Origin: an uncultured Gemmatimonadales bacterium
GTDB taxonomy: Bacteria; Gemmatimonadota; Gemmatimonadetes; Gemmatimonadales; GWC2-71-9
Direction of reading: 5' to 3'
NCBI GenBank assembly: GCA_963771275.1
Contig: CAVYSW010000010.1
Coordinates: 768,001-832,000 of the forward strand
DNA length: 64,000 nucleotides
Shown here: positions 1 to 8,802 of the stretch, one piece after another
Layout of the letters: each line of letters begins with the position of its first letter
How positions within the stretch are numbered: position 1 is the stretch's first letter
The notes under the pieces: model-generated
What the model was told of the DNA's origin: nothing
Seen by the model: only the letters and a program-made list of their open reading frames with translations
Databases searched by the model: none
Made by a program: the position numbers and the translations under genes

Positions 1-2
1 TC

Positions 3-80
3 CTGGTCCTGAGCTTCCTGGTCCTCTGGGGCTGGGCGATCCTGGGCTACTGGCGCTGGATCGGCTTCCCCGGAACCTGA
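3..80 (+). CDS. 3' end of a membrane protein, possibly an SLC13/DASS-family permease (partial)
   Basis: Frame reads LVLSFLVLWGWAILGYWRWIGFPGT*, a hydrophobic C-terminal helix ending in YW. The family is a guess from this tail and the neighbouring two-component cluster. Confidence 0.45.
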   Translation: MVLSFLVLWGWAILGYWRWIGFPGT

Positions 81-99
81 CGGGCACGAGGAGACTGCG

Positions 100-588
100 A
101 TGGAACACGTGATCAAGCTGCTCATCGTGGACGACGAGAGCCGGTTTCTCGAGGCGATCGCGACGCGTCTGCGCAAGCGTGGATTCGACGTGCGGACGGC
201 GGGCAACGGACCCGACGCCCTGGCGCTCGCCCGGGGGGAGAAGTTCGACCTCGCCCTCCTCGACCTCAAGATGCCGGGGATGGACGGCAGCGAGGTGCTG
301 CGTTCGCTCAAGCAGGAGCACCGCTTCCTCGAGGCGATCATCCTCACCGGCCATGGCTCGCTGGAGAGCGCCGTCCAGCTCACCAAGCTCGGGGCGTTCA
401 GCTACCTCCCCAAGCCGTACGAGCTGGACCGGCTGATCGAGATCCTGAAAGACGCCTACGAGGCCCGGCTCAGGAAGAAGTTCGCCGCCGACGAGGCCCG
501 CATGCAGCGCATTCTCGCGGCCGGCCAGGCGGAGAGCCCCCTCGCGATTCTCCGAACGCTGCGGGAGCTTGACGATGGAGAGCGCTAG
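100..588 (+). CDS. Response regulator receiver protein (REC plus short C-terminal tail)
   Basis: LLIVDDE, LLDLKMPGMDG, ILTGHG and YLPKP receiver motifs; GAGGAG RBS upstream. Confidence 0.93.
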   Translation: MEHVIKLLIVDDESRFLEAIATRLRKRGFDVRTAGNGPDALALARGEKFDLALLDLKMPGMDGSEVLRSLKQEHRFLEAIILTGHGSLESAVQLTKLGAFSYLPKPYELDRLIEILKDAYEARLRKKFAADEARMQRILAAGQAESPLAILRTLRELDDGER

Positions 589-632
589 CCCGTCGAGCCG
601 CCACGACCCCGGGCGCGATCCGTAGAGGCCCG

Positions 633-2375
633 GTGGCCACGCGGTTCCCCTGGCACGAGAGTTCCCCGGCCGAGCAACGGTCCGCACGCTGGCTGCGCGG
701 GCGGATCGTGGCCGCCCTGCTTCTCGTGTCCGCGGTTCCCTTCGTCCTGTTGGGCGGCGGCGCGTGGATCGTGTTCCGGAACCTCGCCATCGAGCGGACG
801 CTCACGCTCCATCGCACCGTCCTCCGCGCGCACGCGTCGGCGATCGACATGTACCTCGCCGAGCAGCTCCGCGCCCTGGAAACCATCGCGCGCACCAACG
901 CGCTCGCCAAGCTCCGCACCCAGGAGGGACTTGGGGAAGTGTTCGCCGCGCTGACGGACGTGCAGCGCGACGGGTTCGTGGATCTCGGCGTCATCGACGC
1001 GACGGGGGGCCACCTCGCCTACGTGGGCCCGTACGCGCTGCTGGATCGGCGCTACGGGGAAACGGAGTGGTTCAAGGCGGTGGCCGCGCGCGGGGCCATC
1101 GTGAGCGACGTGTTTCTGGGCTACCGGCAGGTTCCCCACAGCGTCGTTGCCGTCCGGCAGGAGGATGCCGCTGGGTGGTGGATCTTGCGCGCCACGCTCG
1201 ACGACCGGCGGCTGTATGGCCTGGTGCATTCGCTGCAGGTGGGTCTCCTGGGGGACGTGTTCATCGTGAATCGCGCGGGCCGGTTCCAGACGCCCCCCAA
1301 GGAAGGCAAGGTGCTGGATCCGTCACCCCTGCGCGCGCCCGACATGCACCCGGGAGTGCGAGAGCAGCGGGTCGAGACGCCCCGCGGCACGATGCTGCGG
1401 GCCACCACCGGACTCAACGACGGGCAGTGGTTGCTGGTGGTTCAGCAGCCGGAGAGCGAGATCCTGGCGCCGGTGGACCGGGCCGTCGCGCTGGGAGCAG
1501 CCATCAGCGGTGCCGCGCTCGCGCTCGTGGTGGTCACCATCGTGCTCGTGACGACCAATCTGACGCGCCGCGTGGACCGGGCCAACGAGCAACGCGACCT
1601 CATGTATGCCGATCTCCTGCGATCCGCCAAGCTGGCCTCGCTCGGCGAACTGGCAACCGGTCTCGCGCATGAGATCAACAACCCGCTCGCCACGATCAGT
1701 GCGGAGCAGACCAATCTAGGTGACCTGAGCGGCGCGCTGGCGCTCCCCCCGGAGGCGCGGCGACAGTTCGAGGCGTCCATCGAGCGCTGCAAGCGTCAGG
1801 TCGCCCGTTGCGGAAGCATCACGGCCAAGATGCTCCAGTTCGGGCGCAACACCGGCACGGAGCTGCGGGCCACCGCCATGGAGCCGGTGCTGCGGGAGAT
1901 CGCGCTCTTGCTCGAGCGTCGGACGCGGGCCCGGAACATCGCGCTGCAGCTGGAGATCGAGCCGGGCCTCCCACCCGCCTGGCTCGACGGCAACGAGCTC
2001 GAGCAGGTTCTGGTCAATCTGGTGAACAACTCGATCGACGCCATCGCCCGGGGCGGCACGATCACGATCGCCGCCGCGCACGACGCCGATCACGTCCTCC
2101 TGACGGTCCGAGACGACGGATGCGGTATCGCCCAGAAGGACTTGGACACCGTGTTTCAGCCGTTCTTCACCACGAAACCCCCCGGCGAGGGAACTGGTCT
2201 CGGCCTGGCCGTCGTCTACGGCATCGTCCAGGGATGGGGAGGGACGATTCACGCAGCGAGCGTGGTCGGCCAGGGCACCACCATGACCGTTCACATACCG
2301 CGAGCCGATGCTGGCCGGCAGCAGGAGCCCGGCGGAGGACAGCATGTTCCATCCGGCCCTCTCGCTGCCAGCTAG
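633..2375 (+). CDS. Membrane sensor histidine kinase (Cache-like domain, NtrB-type HisKA/HATPase)
   Basis: Two TM helices; H-box LAHEINNPL, N-box NLVNNSIDA, DDGCGI, FFTTK, GTGLGL. Confidence 0.95.
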   Translation: MATRFPWHESSPAEQRSARWLRGRIVAALLLVSAVPFVLLGGGAWIVFRNLAIERTLTLHRTVLRAHASAIDMYLAEQLRALETIARTNALAKLRTQEGLGEVFAALTDVQRDGFVDLGVIDATGGHLAYVGPYALLDRRYGETEWFKAVAARGAIVSDVFLGYRQVPHSVVAVRQEDAAGWWILRATLDDRRLYGLVHSLQVGLLGDVFIVNRAGRFQTPPKEGKVLDPSPLRAPDMHPGVREQRVETPRGTMLRATTGLNDGQWLLVVQQPESEILAPVDRAVALGAAISGAALALVVVTIVLVTTNLTRRVDRANEQRDLMYADLLRSAKLASLGELATGLAHEINNPLATISAEQTNLGDLSGALALPPEARRQFEASIERCKRQVARCGSITAKMLQFGRNTGTELRATAMEPVLREIALLLERRTRARNIALQLEIEPGLPPAWLDGNELEQVLVNLVNNSIDAIARGGTITIAAAHDADHVLLTVRDDGCGIAQKDLDTVFQPFFTTKPPGEGTGLGLAVVYGIVQGWGGTIHAASVVGQGTTMTVHIPRADAGRQQEPGGGQHVPSGPLAAS

Positions 2376-2390
2376 GGAGAAGAAACCACC

Positions 2391-3227
2391 ATGACCGCGA
2401 ATGCCGAGATCCGACTACTGCTCGTCGATGACGAGGTAGAGTTCCTGGAGGCGATGAAGCCGGGGCTCGTCCGCCGCGGCTTTCGAGTGAGCGTCGCGCA
2501 GGATGGACTTGCGGCGTTGCAGCTGTTGCGCAGCGAGACCGTCGACGTGATCGTGCTGGATGTCAAGATGCCTGGGCTGGACGGCGTGGAGACGTTCCGG
2601 GAGATCAAGCGGGTCGCTCCTGGGCTCCCGGTCATCCTCCTGACGGGGCACGCGAGCATCCCCCAGGCGTTCGAGACCTCCCGGGACGGCATCGCCAACT
2701 ACCTCGCCAAGCCCTGCGACGTGGAGACGCTTGCCGAGGCGGCCCGCCAGGCGCTGATCGACAGCAAGGTCGTCGCGACGCCGTCTCCACCGGTTGCCGA
2801 TGACATCCGCCTGCTCCTGGTGGACGACGACCGGGATTTCACCGACTCCCTCGTCCCGGCGCTGGACCGCCGCGGCGTCCACGCCGCCGCCGTTCATGGC
2901 GGGGCGGAGGCACTCGACCGGGTGCGCGCTCAGCGGTTCGACGTGGCCATCGTTGACGTGCGCATGCTGGACATGGACGGCCTCACCCTGCTCAAGCGGT
3001 TGCGCGCGGCGGACTCGCGGATCGAGGTGATCGTCCTCACCGGTCACCCGGCGGTCGAGGACGTGCGGCGCGGCTTGAAGGAAGGCGCGTTCGACTACCT
3101 GACGAAGCCGCAACGCGTGGAGGACGTTGTCGCCCGGGTGCGCGCGGCGTACGAACGGCGGCGTCAGCGTGAGGAGGAGGACCGGCGCGCAGAAGCGGAT
3201 CGGATCCTGTCACGGCGGCCCGACTGA
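2391..3227 (+). CDS. Response regulator with two tandem receiver domains
   Basis: Two sets of LLLVDD, D-x-x-M, LTGH and KP motifs; no DNA-binding output domain. Confidence 0.92.
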   Translation: MTANAEIRLLLVDDEVEFLEAMKPGLVRRGFRVSVAQDGLAALQLLRSETVDVIVLDVKMPGLDGVETFREIKRVAPGLPVILLTGHASIPQAFETSRDGIANYLAKPCDVETLAEAARQALIDSKVVATPSPPVADDIRLLLVDDDRDFTDSLVPALDRRGVHAAAVHGGAEALDRVRAQRFDVAIVDVRMLDMDGLTLLKRLRAADSRIEVIVLTGHPAVEDVRRGLKEGAFDYLTKPQRVEDVVARVRAAYERRRQREEEDRRAEADRILSRRPD

Positions 3228-3287
3228 CGCCGACGTGGATCGCCGTCAAAGCCGCCACGATCACTTGGGAATCCACGCGGCACGCGG

Positions 3288-3316
3288 TTGAGGACTCGCG
3301 GACCGTGCGGTAGCTT
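3288..3316 (+). promoter_or_regulatory. Putative sigma70 promoter for the truncated sensor gene
   Basis: TTGAGG-17 bp-TAGCTT. Confidence 0.45.
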
Positions 3317-3431
3317 GGTCAACAGGCGGCACGGACGTTGGGCCGTTCGGCTTGCACGGCAAGATGCCGCCTTGGCGCCGCGTGTTCGACGCGCTGAGTA
3401 GTGGGTGCACCATGACGTCAGGTGCGACACG

Positions 3432-4451
3432 ATGACGGCTGCCGGCAGGGATCGCCCGGCCCCGGTGGGCGAGAGCGGTCACGCGCGCGAGGTGTTCCGC
3501 CACACGCTCACGCGTCTGATCCTGCTGTACTTCACGCCGCTGCTCCTGCTGGCCGTCTTCTTCCACTTCCAGTATCTCCGGTTGCTGCGGGATGGGGCCC
3601 GGGAGCGTCTCGCGGCCATCGCCGAGCGCCAAGCGGCGACCTTCGATCTGTTCCTGCGCGAACGCCTCGTCAACCTCGCGAACATCATCGACGATCCGGC
3701 GTTCGCGTCCCGGGCGCTCAACGCCGGCTACCTCGGCGACTGCCTCGCCGCCCTGCGCCGGACCAACGACGCCTTCACCGATCTCGGGGTCGTGAGCGCT
3801 TCGGGAAAGCTGGAGGCGTACGTCGGACCGGTAGCGTTCCCGGCCGCCGTCACGTACCGCTATGAGGGCTGGTTCCACCAGCTGCTCACGGGCAACGACC
3901 GTTCGATCGTGAGCGAGATCTACGGTGGCTTTCGCGGTCAACCGCACTTCACCATCGCCGTCAAGCGCCAGGACGGCCGCGCCGTGCGGGTGCTGCGCTC
4001 GAGCCTGGCCCCGGAGCGCCTGGCCGAGTACCTCGCGACGCTCGAAGGCGCGAGCGGGGTGCACGCGGCGGTGGTGAGCGCGCGCGGAGCGGTGCAGATA
4101 GCCACCTCGCGTTCGGCCAGCGCGCTCCAGGGCGCGCACTTCACGCCACCCCGCGAGCCGCTCCGCGGAGTCGTGGGGCGTGCTCGTGCGGCCGGTACGC
4201 CGAACTACGGCTACGCCTGGTTGCGGGACCCGCCCTGGGCGGTGGTCGTGACCGACGCGCGGGCGGACGCCGGCCTCAGCGTGCTGCCGGGCGCGCTCTA
4301 CGCCATCACCGTGGCGTTCTTCGCCTTCATGGGGATCGTCCTGCTCCTCCGCGCGCGGCGGCTCGTCGCGCGGCAGCTCGCCGTCGAGCGGGCGCTCGCC
4401 CTGCCCGTGCCCCCCCTGCCTTCAGCGGCGGCCGTGCATCACCTGGAGTGA
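3432..4451 (+). pseudogene. Truncated sensor kinase paralog (TM-Cache-TM, no kinase domain)
   Basis: Resembles the sensor part of 633..2375 (FTDLGVV, AYVGP, WF, IVSE) but stops about 35 aa after TM2. I see no H-box in any frame before the tRNA. Confidence 0.65.
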
Positions 4452-4560
4452 CGCGGCATCACGCTGGTGGTGCGGCTCATGTTGGGCGATGCGGCGCGCC
4501 AATCCTCAGCCTACCGCTCGCAGGCCGCTCTCCGCACGTCGCGCTCGCGGCATCGCTTCA

Positions 4561-4646
4561 TGCCCGGGGCAGGACTCGAACCTGCACGGGGATCGCTCCC
4601 CTAGGGATTTTAAGTCCCATGCGTCTGCCAGTTTCGCCACCCGGGC
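4561..4646 (-). tRNA. tRNA-Leu (TAA), long variable arm, CCA not encoded
   Basis: GCCCGGGTGGCGAAACTGGCAGACGCATGGGACTTAAAATCCC...GGTTCGAGTCCTGCCCCGGGCA. Confidence 0.96.
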
Positions 4647-4692
4647 GCCCCGGCTAACGATAGCGCGGGAGGGCGGCGAGGCAACGACCGGG

Positions 4693-5049
4693 TTAGCGGC
4701 CCGGCTCCATCCCCTCACGCCGCACCCGGATGTGCGCGGCGGTCTCGCGATCCAGCGCGAGCTCCGAATACGCGAGACGAATCACGTACGCCGGCCGCCG
4801 CTGCAGCAGCCGGATCTCCGTGCCCGGCAGCACGCCGACGCCGGCCAGGCGCACGCCCGTGGTACCACCGGGATTCAGCAGGCAGCTCACCCGGGCGACC
4901 TCGTCTTCGCGGAGCTCCGTCAGGTCCACGGCGTCGCAGTCCGCGCACGGGCCGGTCACGGGGACGGGCGTCCCGCGCAGGCAGTCCCGCCCCCACGCCC
5001 GGGGCACGAGCGCGCCGAGGCCGTTACGGAGCCAGGTGACGGGATTCAT
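4693..5049 (-). CDS. feoA: FeoA family protein with an N-terminal CxxC extension
   Basis: RLAGVGVLPGTEIRLLQRRPAYVIRLAYSELALDRETAAHIRV is the FeoA SH3-like signature; downstream of feoB; start placed at ATG 5049. Confidence 0.88.
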   Translation of the reverse strand: MNPVTWLRNGLGALVPRAWGRDCLRGTPVPVTGPCADCDAVDLTELREDEVARVSCLLNPGGTTGVRLAGVGVLPGTEIRLLQRRPAYVIRLAYSELALDRETAAHIRVRREGMEPGR

Positions 5050-5242
5050 GCCGTCCGAGCCAGTGGGCGAGACGCCCAAGCCAGGCAGGCTCGAGCGGGT
5101 TCTCGTAGCCGCAATGCGGGCAGCGAATCGTGTGGCACGCATCCCCCAGCGGACAGCTCCGGCAGGCGGGCTGGCCGCGATCCTCCGTGAAGCGGCGGCC
5201 GCAATAGCCGCACGTCACGGGCCGCGCCGCGGCCGCCCTCAC
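5024..5242 (-). CDS. Small Cys-rich protein in the feo operon (FeoC-like metal/Fe-S binding candidate)
   Basis: GTG overlaps the feoB stop (GTGA); CGYC...CRSCPLGDAC...CPHCGYEN, 7 Cys in about 72 aa. It appears only as the tail of ORF 5024..6163 in the track. Confidence 0.75.
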   Translation of the reverse strand: MRAAAARPVTCGYCGRRFTEDRGQPACRSCPLGDACHTIRCPHCGYENPLEPAWLGRLAHWLGRHESRHLAP

Positions 5243-7209
5243 GTGACGCTCCGCAGCACGAGATTCACCACGAAGCCGACGCCGAACGCGAACGGCGTGA
5301 TGAACGCCGCGATGGCGATCGCCGTCCGCCAGCCGCGCTCGCGCAGCATCATCATGAACTGCGCGATGCACGGAACGAACAGCGTGAGCGTGACCCCCGC
5401 CACGGCGATCTGCACCGGGTCCAGCAATCCGCGCTGGTTCAAGTCGAACAGCCCCGCCGCGCCGTAGTCCCGCCGGAAGAAGCCTAGCAGGAAGATCTGG
5501 GCGGTCTCCTGCGGCAGGCCGAGCGCGCGCACCACTGGTGCGAGTGCGCGTACGACCGCGTGGAACACCCCGGTGTGATCGGCGGCCCAGAGCAGCACAC
5601 TCGCCAGCAGGAAGATCGGGAGCACCTCCAGGAAATACCACTGCATGCGCGTCACGGTCTTGGTCAGCACGTTGCCCAGGCGCGGTCGCCGGAGCGGCGG
5701 GATCTCCATCTGGAACGCCGGAGCAGCGCCGGGGACGAGACGCGCGCCGAGCGCGCCCACGAGGACGAACGTCCCGCCTACGGCCACGACCCAGGTCGTG
5801 ACCGCGAGCGGGTGCCCCGCCAGCAGGGCGAGGAGCACCCCGAGCTGGGCCGAGCACGGGATCGCCAGCGCCAACAGCAGTGTGGCCAGCACCCGCTCGC
5901 GCTTGGTCTCCAGCGTCCGGGTGACCATCGTCGCCATCGTGTCGCAGGCGAAGCCAAGCACCATGGGGATCACGGCCCGGCCGCTCAGGCCGATGCGCTT
6001 GAATCCGCGATCCAGCAGCAGCGAGAGCCGCGGCAGGTAGCCGGAGTCCTCGAGCAGGGAGAAGAACAGGAAGAACATGCCCACCAGGGGCAGGATGATC
6101 GCCACCGCGTAGCGCAGCCCGAGCGTCAGGAGACCGTACGGCCCCACGTAGAGCGATCGCCATGTCTCCGACGGAATCCCGGCGAACAGACGCTCGAGCA
6201 GCGGGTTCACGCCCCGCTCGAACACCGTGGTTTCGAGCCAGTTCACCACGACCCCGCCGCCGAACCGGCCCACAAACAGGTACAGCCCCACATACAGCAC
6301 GGCGATCACGGCCGGGATCCCCACCACGGGCCGGCTGAGCGCTCGACCCAGGCGCTCGACCGCCGCGGACCTCACGTCGGGCGCGAGCTCCACCACCCCG
6401 CGCAGCAGCTCCTCCGCCACGCGCTGGCGCTCCACCGCCACGCGATAGGCGGCCGGCGCCCCGAACCCCTCGGCCAACCGCGCGGCCACCGCTCGCGCCG
6501 AGCGCCCACCATCCGGCTCGACCGATGCCACGAGGCGCTCAACCTCCGCATCGCCCTGGAGCAACAGCGCCGCCAGCGCCGTCGCGTCCACGTCGTACGA
6601 TCCGGCGAGGGCGGCGCGCAGCGTGTCGATCGCCGCGCCCACGCCATTCGGGTAGCGGGGCACCGCCGGTGCCGGCCCCGCGGTCGCGGCTACCACCGCC
6701 TGCTTCAGCTCCGCAACCCCCCGCCCGTCCACCGCGACCATCGGGACCACCGCTGCGCCGAGCCGCTGCGCCAACAGGCCGTGCGCGATGCGCAGGCCCG
6801 CCCGTTCCGCTTCGTCGGCGAGGTTGAGCGCCAGCACGAGCGGCCGCCCCAGCTCGAGCAGCTGCAGCGTGAGCGGGAGCTGCAGCGTCACGTTCTTCGC
6901 GTCCACCACATGCACCACCACGTCCACCTCGCCGTCGAGCAGCAGCCGGCGGCTCACCCGCTCGTCTTCCGTGGTCGGGAGGAGGGCGTGCAGTCCGGGC
7001 GTGTCCAGGACCTCGACGGCGACCCAGTCGAAATGCGCGTGCCCGCGGGTGACCTCGACGGACGTGCCCGGGTAGTTCGAGACGGTGGCGTAGTGGCCGG
7101 TGAGCCGTTGGAACAGGCTGCTCTTCCCAACGTTGGGGGCACCGACGAGTGCCACGCGGAGGTGGCGCTGCGCGAGGTCCGGCGCCCGGTCGTTGGGAAC
7201 GATTCTCAT
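5239..7209 (-). CDS. feoB: Ferrous iron transport protein B
   Basis: GAPNVGKS, NYPGTSV, DTPG and NLAD G-motifs; LEDSGYLPR, GFAC and IPCSAQ gate motifs. Confidence 0.97.
   Translation of the reverse strand: MRIVPNDRAPDLAQRHLRVALVGAPNVGKSSLFQRLTGHYATVSNYPGTSVEVTRGHAHFDWVAVEVLDTPGLHALLPTTEDERVSRRLLLDGEVDVVVHVVDAKNVTLQLPLTLQLLELGRPLVLALNLADEAERAGLRIAHGLLAQRLGAAVVPMVAVDGRGVAELKQAVVAATAGPAPAVPRYPNGVGAAIDTLRAALAGSYDVDATALAALLLQGDAEVERLVASVEPDGGRSARAVAARLAEGFGAPAAYRVAVERQRVAEELLRGVVELAPDVRSAAVERLGRALSRPVVGIPAVIAVLYVGLYLFVGRFGGGVVVNWLETTVFERGVNPLLERLFAGIPSETWRSLYVGPYGLLTLGLRYAVAIILPLVGMFFLFFSLLEDSGYLPRLSLLLDRGFKRIGLSGRAVIPMVLGFACDTMATMVTRTLETKRERVLATLLLALAIPCSAQLGVLLALLAGHPLAVTTWVVAVGGTFVLVGALGARLVPGAAPAFQMEIPPLRRPRLGNVLTKTVTRMQWYFLEVLPIFLLASVLLWAADHTGVFHAVVRALAPVVRALGLPQETAQIFLLGFFRRDYGAAGLFDLNQRGLLDPVQIAVAGVTLTLFVPCIAQFMMMLRERGWRTAIAIAAFITPFAFGVGFVVNLVLRSVT
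7194..7208 (-). promoter_or_regulatory. Fur-box-like operator overlapping the feoB start
   Basis: TGAGAAT-C-GTTCCCA versus the 7-1-7 Fur consensus TGATAAT-N-ATTATCA; it sits on an iron-uptake gene. Confidence 0.55.
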
Positions 7210-7340
7210 CGGGCGAACGCTAGCGCCCCGCGCATGAAGATTCCATGAGGCGAGGCAGAACGAACAAAGGGGAATTCCCTGCTCCCATTTCCGGTGCCCG
7301 CGCCCGCCGCAACTGCAGCCGGGGTGCGCTGTTGCGCGCG

Positions 7341-7369
7341 TTGACAGTCTGCCGGACTTGTGGTATTGT
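7341..7369 (+). promoter_or_regulatory. Sigma70 promoter of the fadL-like operon
   Basis: TTGACA-17 bp-TATTGT with an extended -10 TGn. Confidence 0.75.
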
Positions 7370-7423
7370 CGCGCCCCGGGCTATTCGCTGCTCCATCATC
7401 CTTCCTCGTCCAGTGGAGTCCGT

Positions 7424-8800
7424 ATGAGCAGACACGTCGTGCTGGTTGCGGTCGCCGCGGCGACGCTTGGTCTCGCCCGCTCCGCCGCCGCCCAGGGTTT
7501 CCAGGTCAACGAGCATGGCTCCTGCGTCATGGGCCGTGGGGGGGCGGGTGTGGCGGCGCCGTGCGCGGATGGATCGGCCATGTTCTACAATCCCGCCGGC
7601 CTGTTCGCGCGGAAGGGCTGGACGATCTCCGGCGGTGTGACCGGGATCAACGCGAATGGCGGATTCACCACCGACCTCACAGGCACGAAGACCGATCTGA
7701 CCAACGGCTGGACGCCGGTCCCGCACTTCTACGGGGAATGGGCCGGTGACCGGCTCGCGGTGGGGATCGGCGCGTTCGTTCCCTACGGCCTCGGCACCAG
7801 GTGGCCGGACACGTTCCAGGGGAAGTTCGCTGGCTACGACAACAACCTGTTCAATCTGTACGTCCAGCCGACCGTCGCCTTCAAGCTGACCCCCAAAGTG
7901 ATGTTCGGCGCGGGCTTCGACTACGTCATCGGCAAGGTGACGCTCACGCAGCGTGTCGATCTCTCCGAGAACCCGGTACCGGGACTGGGAACGGTGACGT
8001 TCGGACAGCTGGGCGTGCCCTTCGGCACCCAGTTCGCCGACGGGAAGCTCGACGGCAGCGGGAACGGGGTGGGGTTTCACGTCGGGCTGCAGGTCCAGCC
8101 GCTCGAGCGGGTGAGCTTCGGCGTCAAGTACATGAGCCGGGTCAAGATCACGTACAACGGCACGGTCGACTTCTCGCCCGCGGCCACCGGGATCACCCTC
8201 CCCGCCGGCAACCCGTTCGGCGTCCCGGCCGGCACCCCGCTCGACAGCGTGGTGAAGGGGGCGTTCGTCACCGGGCCGCTGATCGACCAGAACGTCACGG
8301 CCAAGGTCACGCTCCCCGATCAGATCACGGCCGGCATCGCGGTCACGGTCCGCCCGGGCCTGATGCTGTTGAGCGACTTCAATTGGGTCCACTGGAAGCT
8401 GTTCAACGAGCTGCCGGTCACGTTCGACACGGCGGCGCTCAATTCCGCAGCGATCGAGAACTACAAGGATACGTGGGGCGTCCGGTTCGGCTTCGACTGG
8501 GCGGCCAACAGCAAGGTCGCCCTGCGCGGCGGCTACATCTTCCACACCGCCGCGGCCCCGGACGAGACCGTGACCCCGTTGCTGCCCGAGGGCAAGCGCG
8601 ACGAGTTCACGGTCGGCCTGGGCTACGCATTCAGCGAGAAGATGCGGGTGGATCTGGCCTACCAGTACCTCATGCAGCAGAAGCGGCGCGGGCGGACGCG
8701 CGAGTTCCCGGCGGGCGTGACCCCGGACCTGTCGCTCAACAACGGTCTCTATGAGTTCATGGCCCATCTGGTGGGCGTCACCTTCACGGTGGGGTTCTGA
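7424..8800 (+). CDS. FadL/OmpP1-family outer-membrane long-chain fatty acid transporter
   Basis: Signal peptide, then GFQVNEHG...MGRGGAG...DGSAMFYNPAGL hatch motif, VPYGLGT, C-terminal Phe; GGAG RBS before ATG 7424. Confidence 0.9.
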   Translation: MSRHVVLVAVAAATLGLARSAAAQGFQVNEHGSCVMGRGGAGVAAPCADGSAMFYNPAGLFARKGWTISGGVTGINANGGFTTDLTGTKTDLTNGWTPVPHFYGEWAGDRLAVGIGAFVPYGLGTRWPDTFQGKFAGYDNNLFNLYVQPTVAFKLTPKVMFGAGFDYVIGKVTLTQRVDLSENPVPGLGTVTFGQLGVPFGTQFADGKLDGSGNGVGFHVGLQVQPLERVSFGVKYMSRVKITYNGTVDFSPAATGITLPAGNPFGVPAGTPLDSVVKGAFVTGPLIDQNVTAKVTLPDQITAGIAVTVRPGLMLLSDFNWVHWKLFNELPVTFDTAALNSAAIENYKDTWGVRFGFDWAANSKVALRGGYIFHTAAAPDETVTPLLPEGKRDEFTVGLGYAFSEKMRVDLAYQYLMQQKRRGRTREFPAGVTPDLSLNNGLYEFMAHLVGVTFTVGF

Positions 8801-8802
8801 CC

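Noticed and set aside
3327..3341. Sigma54-like promoter CGGCAC-N5-TTGG
   Set aside because: It lacks the conserved GC at -12, and a sigma70-like promoter lies just upstream.
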